Positions 13,079 through 19,304 of a stretch of DNA of 24,000 bases are shown piece by piece. The stretch's first letter is position 1, and every line of letters begins with the position of its first letter. Under the pieces are notes generated by a model that saw nothing but the letters and a program-made list of their open reading frames with translations, searched no databases and was not told the origin of the DNA. The DNA lies in contig CP189723.1 of NCBI GenBank assembly GCA_050157075.1, positions 2,850,139-2,874,138 of the forward strand. Reading direction: 5' to 3'. Source of the stretch: Propionibacteriaceae bacterium G1746. Lineage in GTDB: Bacteria > Actinomycetota > Actinomycetes > Propionibacteriales > Propionibacteriaceae. A program made the translations under genes and the position numbers.

Positions 13079-13108
13079 CTCGGCCGGGGTGAAGTGAAAC
13101 AATCGACC

Positions 13109-14323
13109 ATGGTCATTGTCGTGGGAGTCACCGGTGGCATCGCTGCCTACAAGGTCGTCCACCTGGTCCGGTTGTTCATTGCCGACGGTCACGAGGTGCA
13201 TGTCGTGCCGACCGACGATGCGCTGCGCTTCGTGGGGCTGCCCACCTGGGAGGCGATCTCGCGCAACCCGGTCACCACCTCGGTGCACGACGACGTGCCG
13301 CGGGTCAGGCATGTGGCCCTGGGGCAGAAGGCCGACCTGGTCGTGGTGGCACCCGCCACCGCCAACACGATCGCGTCGATGGCGGCCGGGCTGGCCGATG
13401 ACCTGCTTGGCACCACGTTGCTGGCCACCACTGCCCCGGTGCTGATCGCGCCGGCAATGCACACCGAGATGTGGCACCACGCCGCCACCAGGGCAAATGT
13501 GGCAACGCTGCGGTCGCGTGGCGTGCACCTGGTTGGGCCGGACGACGGGCCGCTCACCGGCGGCGACTCGGGGCCGGGGCGCATGAGCGAGCCCGAGGCG
13601 ATCCATGCGGCGGCGCTCGACCTGCTTCGTCCACGAGAACCGCAGCACGACCTGGCCGGGCTGACGATCGCGGTCTCGGCCGGGGGCACCCGCGAACCCA
13701 TCGACCCGGTGCGCTTCATCGGCAACAGGTCGAGCGGGCGCCAGGGGGTGGCGCTGGCGGTCGCGGCCGCCGACCGCGGCGCCCGGGTGCTGCTGGCGGC
13801 GGCGAACATCGAGGCCGACGTGCTGCGCGAGGCTGACCGGCCCGACATCGAGATCACCCGGGCGGGTTCGGCCGCCGAGCTGGGCACGGTGATGCGCGAA
13901 CTGGCCGCGGATGCTGACGTCATCATCATGACCGCCGCCGTCGCCGACTACCGGGTGGCCGAAGCCTCGGAACAGAAGTTGACCAAGGAATCAGGGCCGC
14001 CGGTGCTCACCCTGGTCGAGAACGAGGACATACTCGCGGGACTGGCGCGGCAGCGTCGTCCGGGCCAGACCGTCGTCGGGTTCGCGGCCGAGACTGCCAC
14101 CGGTGACGAACTGCTCGAACGGGGACGCCGCAAGCGCCGGCGCAAGGGTGTCGACCTGCTCGCCATCAACGAAGTGGGCTGGACGAAGGGATTCGAGACG
14201 GCCGAGAACCGGCTGCTGGTGCTGGGCGCTGACGACAAGGTCGTCACCGAGACGGCGGGCTCGAAACGTGAGGTTGCTGACCGGCTGCTCGATGCGGTGC
14301 GGAACGCCCGCGGGGTGGAGTGA
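13109..14323 (+). CDS. coaBC: Bifunctional phosphopantothenoylcysteine decarboxylase / phosphopantothenate-cysteine ligase
   Basis: Embedded in track ORF 12215..14323. The real protein starts MVIVVGVTGGIAAYKVVHLVRLF... (flavoprotein fold; PAMHTEMW motif), then ...AVSAGGTREPIDPVRFIGNRSSGRQG...MTAAVADYR... (CoaB). An in-frame GTG at 13094 is an alternative start. Confidence 0.9.
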   Translation: MVIVVGVTGGIAAYKVVHLVRLFIADGHEVHVVPTDDALRFVGLPTWEAISRNPVTTSVHDDVPRVRHVALGQKADLVVVAPATANTIASMAAGLADDLLGTTLLATTAPVLIAPAMHTEMWHHAATRANVATLRSRGVHLVGPDDGPLTGGDSGPGRMSEPEAIHAAALDLLRPREPQHDLAGLTIAVSAGGTREPIDPVRFIGNRSSGRQGVALAVAAADRGARVLLAAANIEADVLREADRPDIEITRAGSAAELGTVMRELAADADVIIMTAAVADYRVAEASEQKLTKESGPPVLTLVENEDILAGLARQRRPGQTVVGFAAETATGDELLERGRRKRRRKGVDLLAINEVGWTKGFETAENRLLVLGADDKVVTETAGSKREVADRLLDAVRNARGVE

Positions 14324-14329
14324 TCGATC

Positions 14330-14335
14330 TAGATT
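14330..14335 (+). promoter_or_regulatory. -10-like TAGATT exactly 6 nt before the ilvD ATG (leaderless-type)
   Basis: TAGATT-ggggcc-ATG(14342). It lies 7 nt after the coaBC stop. Confidence 0.4.
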
Positions 14336-14341
14336 GGGGCC

Positions 14342-16111
14342 ATGAGCACCGCAGGCCGTGACGCCATCGAATCTGAGGCCATCGAATCTGAGGCCATCGA
14401 ATCTGACGCCGTCGAATCTGGGTCAATCGACATCAAACCCCGCAGTCGGGTCGTGACCGACGGCATCGAGGCCACGACCTCCAGAGGCATGCTGCGCGGC
14501 GTCGGCATGGGCGATGAGGACTGGGACAAGCCGCAGGTCGGCATCGCGTCGAGCTGGAACGAAATCACGCCCTGCAACCTGAGTCTCGACCGGCTGGCCC
14601 AGGCCGCGAAAGAGGGCGTGCATGCCGGCGGCGGCTACCCGCTGCAGTTCGGCACCATCTCGGTCTCGGACGGCATCTCGATGGGACACGAGGGCATGCA
14701 CTTCTCGCTGGTCTCGCGCGAGGTGGTCGCCGATTCGGTCGAGACCGTGGTGATGGCCGAACGCCTGGACGGCACCGTGCTGCTGGCCGGCTGCGACAAG
14801 TCGATCCCGGGCATGCTGATGGCCAGCGCCCGGCTCGACCTGTCGAGCGTCTTTCTGTATGCGGGGTCGATCGCGCCGGGACATGTGAAGCTCAGCGACG
14901 GCACCGAACGCGAGATCACGATCATCGACTCGTTCGAGGGCGTCGGGGCGTGCATGGCCGGGCGGATGAGCCGCGACGACCTGAAGCGCATCGAGTGCGC
15001 GTTCGCGCCGGGCGAGGGTGCGTGCGGCGGTATGTACACGGCCAACACGATGGCCTCGGTCGCCGAGGCGCTCGGGCTCAGCCTGCCCGGGTCGGCGGCC
15101 CCGCCGAGCGCCGACCGTCGGCGCGACAACTTCGCCCACCGGTCGGGGGAGGCGGTGGTGAACCTGCTGCGCCAGGGCATCACGACCCGCGACATCCTGA
15201 CCATCAAGGCTTTCGAGAACGCGATCGCGCTGGCGATGGCGCTGGGCGGGTCGACCAATGTGGTGCTGCACCTGCTGGCGATCGCGCACGAGGCCGACGT
15301 CGACCTGACCCTGCATGACTTCAACCGGATCGGCGACAAAGTGCCGCACCTGGGCGACATGAAGCCGTTCGGCAAGTACGTCATGAACGATGTCGACCGG
15401 CACGGCGGCATCCCGGTGGTCATGAAGGCGATGCTCGACGCGGGGCTACTGCACGGCGACGCGCTGACCGTCACCGGCAAGACGGTGGCCGAGAACCTGG
15501 CCGAGCTGAACCCGCCCGCTGTCGACGGCAAGGTGATCCACGCGATCGACAACCCGATCCACAAGACCGGTGGGCTGACGATCCTGCACGGCTCGCTCGC
15601 CCCGGACGGTGCCGTGGTGAAGTCTGCAGGGTTCGATGCCGATGTCTTCGAGGGCCCGGCGCGCGTCTTCGAACGCGAGCGTGCCGCGATGGATGCGCTC
15701 GAAGCCGGCCAGATCAACCACGGCGACGTGGTGGTGATCCGCTACGAGGGGCCGAAGGGTGGGCCGGGCATGCGCGAGATGCTCGCCATCACGGCGGCGA
15801 TCAAGGGCGCCGGCCTCGGCAAGGACGTGCTGCTGCTCACCGACGGCCGGTTCTCGGGGGGCACGACCGGGCTCTGCATCGGCCACATCGCCCCCGAGGC
15901 GGTCGACGGCGGGCCGATCGCGTTCGTCCGGGATGGTGACCGGGTGCGGGTCGACATCGCTGGACGAAGCCTGGACGTGCTCATCGACGAGGCTGAACTC
16001 GAGGCCCGGCGGCAGGGGTGGGCGCCGTTGCCACCGAGGTATTCGCGTGGGGTGCTGGCGAAGTATTCGCAGCTGGTGAAGTCGGCGGCGATGGGTGCGG
16101 TGACGGGCTGA
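14342..16111 (+). CDS. ilvD: Dihydroxy-acid dehydratase
   Basis: 589 aa. [57 protein letters not shown]...[24 protein letters not shown]...[11 protein letters not shown]... is unmistakably IlvD. An unusual repeat-containing N-terminal extension precedes it. Confidence 0.95.
   Translation: MSTAGRDAIESEAIESEAIESDAVESGSIDIKPRSRVVTDGIEATTSRGMLRGVGMGDEDWDKPQVGIASSWNEITPCNLSLDRLAQAAKEGVHAGGGYPLQFGTISVSDGISMGHEGMHFSLVSREVVADSVETVVMAERLDGTVLLAGCDKSIPGMLMASARLDLSSVFLYAGSIAPGHVKLSDGTEREITIIDSFEGVGACMAGRMSRDDLKRIECAFAPGEGACGGMYTANTMASVAEALGLSLPGSAAPPSADRRRDNFAHRSGEAVVNLLRQGITTRDILTIKAFENAIALAMALGGSTNVVLHLLAIAHEADVDLTLHDFNRIGDKVPHLGDMKPFGKYVMNDVDRHGGIPVVMKAMLDAGLLHGDALTVTGKTVAENLAELNPPAVDGKVIHAIDNPIHKTGGLTILHGSLAPDGAVVKSAGFDADVFEGPARVFERERAAMDALEAGQINHGDVVVIRYEGPKGGPGMREMLAITAAIKGAGLGKDVLLLTDGRFSGGTTGLCIGHIAPEAVDGGPIAFVRDGDRVRVDIAGRSLDVLIDEAELEARRQGWAPLPPRYSRGVLAKYSQLVKSAAMGAVTG
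14363..14422 (+). repeat. In-frame 15-bp tandem repeat, four units, inside the ilvD 5' end
   Basis: GCCATCGAATCTGAG x2, GCCATCGAATCTGAC, GCCGTCGAATCTGGG. Translated as [20 protein letters not shown]. Confidence 0.95.
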
Positions 16112-16127
16112 GCGCTGGAGGCGTGGG

Positions 16128-16164
16128 CCCGCCCCACCCCGGCTGGGGGCTGGGATGGGGCGGG
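16128..16164. terminator. Hairpin between convergent ilvD and the SPFH gene (possible bidirectional terminator)
   Basis: CCCGCCCCA (16128-16136) pairs with TGGGGCGGG (16156-16164). There is an inner CCCC-GGCT-GGGG hairpin. The whole element lies in the 60-bp gap between the two stops. Confidence 0.4.
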
Positions 16165-16171
16165 GGCTTGC

Positions 16172-16846
16172 TCAGGCGTCGGTGTCGTCCAGCTTGAGCA
16201 CCAGCTGCGTACCGGGCGGCATCGACGCGACCAACTGCTGACGCGCGAGCGCCGGGTGGTCGTCGAGCAGCTTGGCACCGTTGGCGAGCGCCCGCAGCGC
16301 CGCCGTGCGGGCACGGGCCTGTTCGAGCTGCTCGAGCGCGCGTCCGCGGGCGGTGGCGAGGTCGATGGCCATGCGGCGCACCTCGTGCGGCAGCACGACA
16401 TCACGCACGACGACCTCGAGCACCTCGATGCCGAGCTCGGCAACGGCCTGGGCAACGGCGGTGCGCAGCCGGTGGCCGAGGTCGGGCTCGGTGCGCAGCC
16501 GCTGCACGAGCACGGGCGCCTCGATGTCGGCAACCAGGTCACGCAGCGCGAGCTGCACGGCGAGGTAGAGCACCAAGGCCGGGTCGGCGTCGCGCTCGTG
16601 GAACGCCCGGGCATCGACCACTCGCCAGCGGGTCACGGCGGTGGCACGCACGACCAGGCCATCGGCGGTGCCGACCTCCTGCGGGGCAAGGGTCGTGGTG
16701 CGCGACTTCACCAGCACCTCAACGAACTCGTCGCCGAGGCGGAGCGGGTGGCGGCCGGGGGTCAGCACGCCCTGGAACCGGCCGTGGCGGTAGCGCAGTG
16801 CGCACTCACCGGGGAAGACGGTGAGGTGAAACGGGGTGAACTTCAT
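16172..16846 (-). CDS. SPFH / band-7 (slipin-like) domain protein
   Basis: 224 aa, with a strong GAAGGAGG Shine-Dalgarno upstream. Pattern ...VDARAFHERDADPALVLYLAVQLALRDLVADIEAPVLVQ...IEVLEVVVRDVVLP...ARALEQLEQARARTAALRALA... fits an SPFH core plus coiled-coil tail. Confidence 0.65.
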   Translation of the reverse strand: MKFTPFHLTVFPGECALRYRHGRFQGVLTPGRHPLRLGDEFVEVLVKSRTTTLAPQEVGTADGLVVRATAVTRWRVVDARAFHERDADPALVLYLAVQLALRDLVADIEAPVLVQRLRTEPDLGHRLRTAVAQAVAELGIEVLEVVVRDVVLPHEVRRMAIDLATARGRALEQLEQARARTAALRALANGAKLLDDHPALARQQLVASMPPGTQLVLKLDDTDA

Positions 16847-16913
16847 GATGGCGACCTCCTTCGATGCGCCTGGTGGTGGTTGGTGTCGGGATTGGGTGAG
16901 TTGGTTCGGGTTT

Positions 16914-16953
16914 GGGGTGGGGTGGGTCGGGGTGGGGTGGGGGCGGGGTGGGG
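16914..16953 (+). repeat. Array of eight consecutive G3-G5 tracts (G-quadruplex-type motif); C-tracts on the SPFH-sense strand
   Basis: GGGGTGGGGTGGGTCGGGGTGGGGTGGGGGCGGGGTGGGG, with 1-2 nt loops, 68 nt upstream of the SPFH start. Three more GGG tracts lie at 16888-16910. Confidence 0.8.
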
Positions 16954-17057
16954 CGGTGGCGCAGGCACCACACCGGGGCGCACCGCGGCGGGCCGTTCCG
17001 CTGGTGCCCGTGGGCAGGGCGCGGAGGGCGCAAGGCGTGGGTGAACCCGTATCGATG

Positions 17058-17111
17058 TGGTGCCCGCTGAGACCGGGAGTCGAACCCTTGGCTGTTTGTC
17101 AGCTGCCACCA
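17058..17111 (-). other. 54-bp imperfect palindrome whose apex looks like a tRNA T-arm (GGGTTCGACTCCC) and whose minus-strand 3' end reads CACCA; not a complete tRNA
   Basis: Minus strand: UGGUGGCAGCUGACAAACAGCCAAGGGUUCGACUCCCGGUCUCAGCGGGCACCA. The arms TGGTGCCCGCTGA (17058-17070) and TCAGCTGCCACCA (17099-17111) pair at 11/13. I could find no D-arm, anticodon arm or matching 5' acceptor strand. Confidence 0.3.
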
Positions 17112-17288
17112 ACCGGAGGTTGGGCCGTTGCCCCAATGTGCAGGACCGCGGCCGGTATCCCGGTGCGGCTGCGTGGGCGGCGGCGCGTCCATGGTGGCAG
17201 TGCGCGGGGGCGTGGCGCCACGCATTTATTCAGCCGACCGGCGGTGGCGGGCGGTAGGTCGCACCGGGGGCAGGTCACACCGGGGGGT

Positions 17289-17363
17289 GACCACAATCCG
17301 GCAGGAGTTCACGAAGGGGCGCCCCAGTCAGCCCCAATCACCGGCTTTGGCCCGGAAATCGAC
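17289..17363. repeat. Degenerate third copy of the 75-bp repeat seen at 18395 and 19121
   Basis: GACCACAATCCGGCAGGAGTTCACGAAGGGGCGCCCCAGTCAGCCCCAATCACCGGCTTTGGCCCGGAAATCGAC. Same 75-nt length, and roughly 60 percent identical ungapped by my hand count. Shared blocks: CCGGCnGGAGTTCnCGA, CGCCCCA, CCCCnATC, GGCCCGG. Confidence 0.25.
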
Positions 17364-17400
17364 ACCGGCACCAGGCACCGCTCTGTCCGCCCCCGCGACC

Positions 17401-17406
17401 TAGACT
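17401..17406 (+). promoter_or_regulatory. -10-like TAGACT exactly 6 nt before the ATG (leaderless-type)
   Basis: TAGACT-cgggcc-ATG(17413). Confidence 0.45.
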
Positions 17407-17412
17407 CGGGCC

Positions 17413-18342
17413 ATGTTGGCGATCGAGTACACAGAGCACGGCGGGCCAGAGGTGCTGCACCTGTCTGACGCGGCGGCCGAGCCCACCGTCGGCCCCGGCG
17501 AGGTGCGGATTGCGGTGAAGGCCTCGTCGGTCAACCCCGTCGACTGGAAGATCGTCAAGGGCCGCCCGGACATGCCCGTCGCCTTTCCGGCCATCCCCGG
17601 ACGTGATGCCGCCGGGGTGGTCGAGTCGGTCGGCGAAGGTGTCACGGGCTGGTCCATTGGTGATGAAGTCGTCACCTACGGGCATGAGGGCCGCGGTGTG
17701 CGCAGCGGCGGCTACGCGGAATTGATGACGGTGCCGGCCGATGCACTCGGCCCGAAGCCGCGCTCGCTCACCTGGGACGAGGCGGGTGCGCTGCCCTGCG
17801 CAGGCCTGACGGCCTACCAGGTGTTGCGGCTGGCCGGGGTCGGCGAGGGCGACACGGTCATGGTGCACGCCGCAGCGGGTGGGGTGGGTCACCTGGCGGT
17901 GCAGATCGCCCGGGCGCTCGGGGCTGGCCGGGTCATCGGCACGGCCTCCGCGCCAAATCATGAATTCCTGCGTGGTCTCAGGGCCGAACCGGTGACCTAT
18001 GGCGATGGCCTGGTCGACCAGGTGCGTGCGCTGGCCCCGCAGGGTGTCGACGTGGTGGTTGACCTTGTCGGGGGTGGGGTCGCCGACCAGACCATGGCGG
18101 TGCTTGCCCCCGAAGGGCGGCACGCCTCGATCACCGACCGCCAGATTGTCGAGCGCGGCGGGCACTACCTGCAAGTGGCCGCCAATCGCGCAGACTTCGA
18201 AGCCCTGGGCGAACTGTTCGATGCCGGCAGCGTGAAGATGGTGCTGGCGGCGGTGTTCGACCTGGCCGACGCCGCGCAAGCGTTCCGGTTGAGCCAGACC
18301 AGGCATGGCCGGGGCAAGATCGCCATCCACGTGTCGGCCTGA
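17413..18342 (+). CDS. NADPH:quinone oxidoreductase-like, zinc-independent MDR family oxidoreductase
   Basis: 309 aa. GPGEVRIAVKASSVNPVDWKIVKG...IPGRDAAGVVESVGEGVTGWSIGDEV...VMVHAAAGGVGHLAVQIARALGA... (AxxGxxG Rossmann motif) ...HGRGKIAI. Confidence 0.85.
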   Translation: MLAIEYTEHGGPEVLHLSDAAAEPTVGPGEVRIAVKASSVNPVDWKIVKGRPDMPVAFPAIPGRDAAGVVESVGEGVTGWSIGDEVVTYGHEGRGVRSGGYAELMTVPADALGPKPRSLTWDEAGALPCAGLTAYQVLRLAGVGEGDTVMVHAAAGGVGHLAVQIARALGAGRVIGTASAPNHEFLRGLRAEPVTYGDGLVDQVRALAPQGVDVVVDLVGGGVADQTMAVLAPEGRHASITDRQIVERGGHYLQVAANRADFEALGELFDAGSVKMVLAAVFDLADAAQAFRLSQTRHGRGKIAIHVSA

Positions 18343-18394
18343 GGCGGCTGGGCGACGCACTGGGCTGCTCGACTGAACGGCCGGTGGAGCCGCT

Positions 18395-18469
18395 GTCCAG
18401 AACCCGGCCGGAGTTCCCGATTCCCGCCCCACCACACCCCGATCCAAGAACTCCGGCCCGGTTCCGGAC
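18395..18469. repeat. 75-bp palindromic intergenic repeat, copy A
   Basis: GTCCAGAACCCGGCCGGAGTTC (18395-18416) and GAACTCCGGCCCGGTTCCGGAC (18448-18469) pair at 20/22, around a C-rich centre CCGATTCCCGCCCCACCACACCCCGATCCAA. Near-identical to 19121..19195. Confidence 0.8.
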
Positions 18470-18525
18470 AGCGGGCATTGGCCGCCAGGGAGGCCCGAGG
18501 ATTTCGACCACCCCGGGCACAACTC

Positions 18526-18563
18526 GGCTCATCCCCAATCGAGGGTGCGCACCGCGGATCGGG
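18526..18563 (-). mobile_element. Short remnant resembling the extreme 3' end of a transposase gene
   Basis: Minus strand ...CGCACCCTCGATTGGGGATGAGCC aligns with ...TACACCCCTCGAGTGGGATGAGCC at 18994-19017, the stop region of the transposase fragment. It lies directly after the VOC stop codon. Confidence 0.3.
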
Positions 18564-18567
18564 TAGG

Positions 18568-18978
18568 TTAGCCGCCCCAAGCGATGTTGACCAGCCACGA
18601 GGTCCCGAACCGGTCGACGCACATCCCGAACTCGTCGCCCCACGGCTGGGTGGCCAGGTCAACCGTCACGGTCCCTCCGTCCGAGAGCGCCCGCCAGTAG
18701 CCGCGCAGCTCCTCGGCATCGTTCCCGCCGAGGCTGACCGCAAGGTTGTTTCCGGGCCGCAACGTCTCGCCCGGCAGCATGTCGGCGGCCATCAGCGTGA
18801 GGCCAGACGCAGTTTCCAGCTGGCCATGCATGACCTGGCCGCCTATGCCGTGGTCGTCGGTGTCGAAGTCGCCAAAGTGGTTGAGCGTGAGTTCGCCGCC
18901 GAACACGTCCTGGTAGAACGCCAGGGCGTCCGCGGCATCACCCGCGAAGCTCAGGTAGGGGTTCAGCCGAGTGGTCAT
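18568..18978 (-). CDS. VOC-superfamily protein, PhnB type (second paralog)
   Basis: 136 aa, MTTRLNPYLSFAGDAADALAFYQDVFGGELTLNHFGDF...TQPWGDEFGMCVDRFGTSWLVN. Same pattern as 4225..4638. Confidence 0.8.
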   Translation of the reverse strand: MTTRLNPYLSFAGDAADALAFYQDVFGGELTLNHFGDFDTDDHGIGGQVMHGQLETASGLTLMAADMLPGETLRPGNNLAVSLGGNDAEELRGYWRALSDGGTVTVDLATQPWGDEFGMCVDRFGTSWLVNIAWGG

Positions 18979-18984
18979 GGGCCG

Positions 18985-18990
18985 ATGATA
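18985..18990 (-). promoter_or_regulatory. -10-like TATCAT exactly 6 nt before the VOC ATG (leaderless-type)
   Basis: Minus strand reads TATCAT-cggccc-ATG(18978). The hexamer lies 6 nt after the stop codon of the transposase remnant. Confidence 0.4.
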
Positions 18991-18996
18991 AAGGGC

Positions 18997-19068
18997 TCAT
19001 CCCACTCGAGGGGTGTAGTTGCGGTGCTCGAGCCGGCCGTTGATCGCCTCGGTCGGGCCGTTGGAGGT
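18997..19068 (-). mobile_element. Internally deleted C-terminal fragment of a transposase (ISL3-family-like)
   Basis: Minus-strand translation is TSNGPTEAINGRLEH/RNYTPRVG-stop. SNGPTEA(I/V)N...LEH is a conserved C-terminal block of actinobacterial ISL3-type transposases as I remember them. Only about 23 codons survive. Confidence 0.45.
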
Positions 19069-19120
19069 GCCGGGCAGCTGTCCCCCTGCCCCAGCGTCGC
19101 GAAGCGCTCGCCCGACCAGT

Positions 19121-19195
19121 GTCCAGAACCCGGCCGGAGTTCCCGAATCCCGCCCCACCACACCCCGATCGGCGAACTCCGGCCCGATTCCGGAC
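19121..19195. repeat. 75-bp palindromic intergenic repeat, copy B
   Basis: GTCCAGAACCCGGCCGGAGTTCCCGAATCCCGCCCCACCACACCCCGATCGGCGAACTCCGGCCCGATTCCGGAC. It differs from copy A at 5 positions and has the same orientation. Confidence 0.8.
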
Positions 19196-19292
19196 ACGCC
19201 ACGCGCCCGACCCCCCAGCCCGATCCGACCCCCCGCCCTGAGCGATTGATCACCACCACTGCGCGCGCCGAAAACTTGTCAGACCCCCGCGA

Positions 19293-19298
19293 TAGCTT
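19293..19298 (+). promoter_or_regulatory. -10-like TAGCTT exactly 6 nt before the ATG (leaderless-type)
   Basis: TAGCTT-ggcgcc-ATG(19305). Confidence 0.4.
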
Positions 19299-19304
19299 GG
19301 CGCC

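Noticed and set aside
12215-13648. Track ORFs 12215..14323 (702 aa) and 12341..13648 (435 aa), which overlap each other over about 1.3 kb
   Set aside because: Each is a real gene plus a long spurious N-terminal extension running antisense through the neighbour. The recognisable proteins begin at MVIVVGVTGG (13109, CoaBC) and MCTVVIRV (13066, NRDE). The extensions are Arg/Pro/Gly-rich and lack family features.
14363-14422. Possible CRISPR or other spaced repeat array
   Set aside because: The 15-bp units are directly contiguous with no spacers. They lie in frame inside ilvD and are far shorter than CRISPR repeats.
14423-16614. Long minus-strand ORFs antisense to ilvD (14423..15403, 14635..15717, 15742..16614)
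   Set aside because: IlvD on the plus strand is unambiguous along its whole length. The antisense frames are Arg/Ala/Pro/Ser-rich with no motifs and overlap one another in different frames.
17058-17150. A complete tRNA (including tRNA-Sec) gene on the minus strand
   Set aside because: After the UUCGACU loop there are 16 nt before ACCA (12 expected, 13 for Sec). The T-stem pairs at only 3 positions. No complementary 5' acceptor strand, D arm or anticodon arm could be found, and the CACCA end is itself paired within a palindrome.
17058-17420. tmRNA (ssrA) on the minus strand: tRNA-like 3' end with ACCA, a GGGGCUGA string near 17328, and about the right locus size
   Set aside because: GGGGCUGA cannot pair with the 3' strand CAGCGGGC (there is no GGGGCUG/CAGCUCC acceptor with G:U). 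The interval from that string to the CCA is too short. I see no GGUUUCGAC-type 5' domain and no alanine-rich tag ORF ending in a stop. Extending the locus to a typical tmRNA length would run into the oxidoreductase start and its promoter.
16806-17468. Several 65-210 aa ORFs on both strands inside the SPFH / oxidoreductase intergenic region
   Set aside because: They are translations of the G-tract / C-tract array and palindromes (GWGGVG..., PPPHPDPPHP...). They have no start-site signals and no family resemblance.
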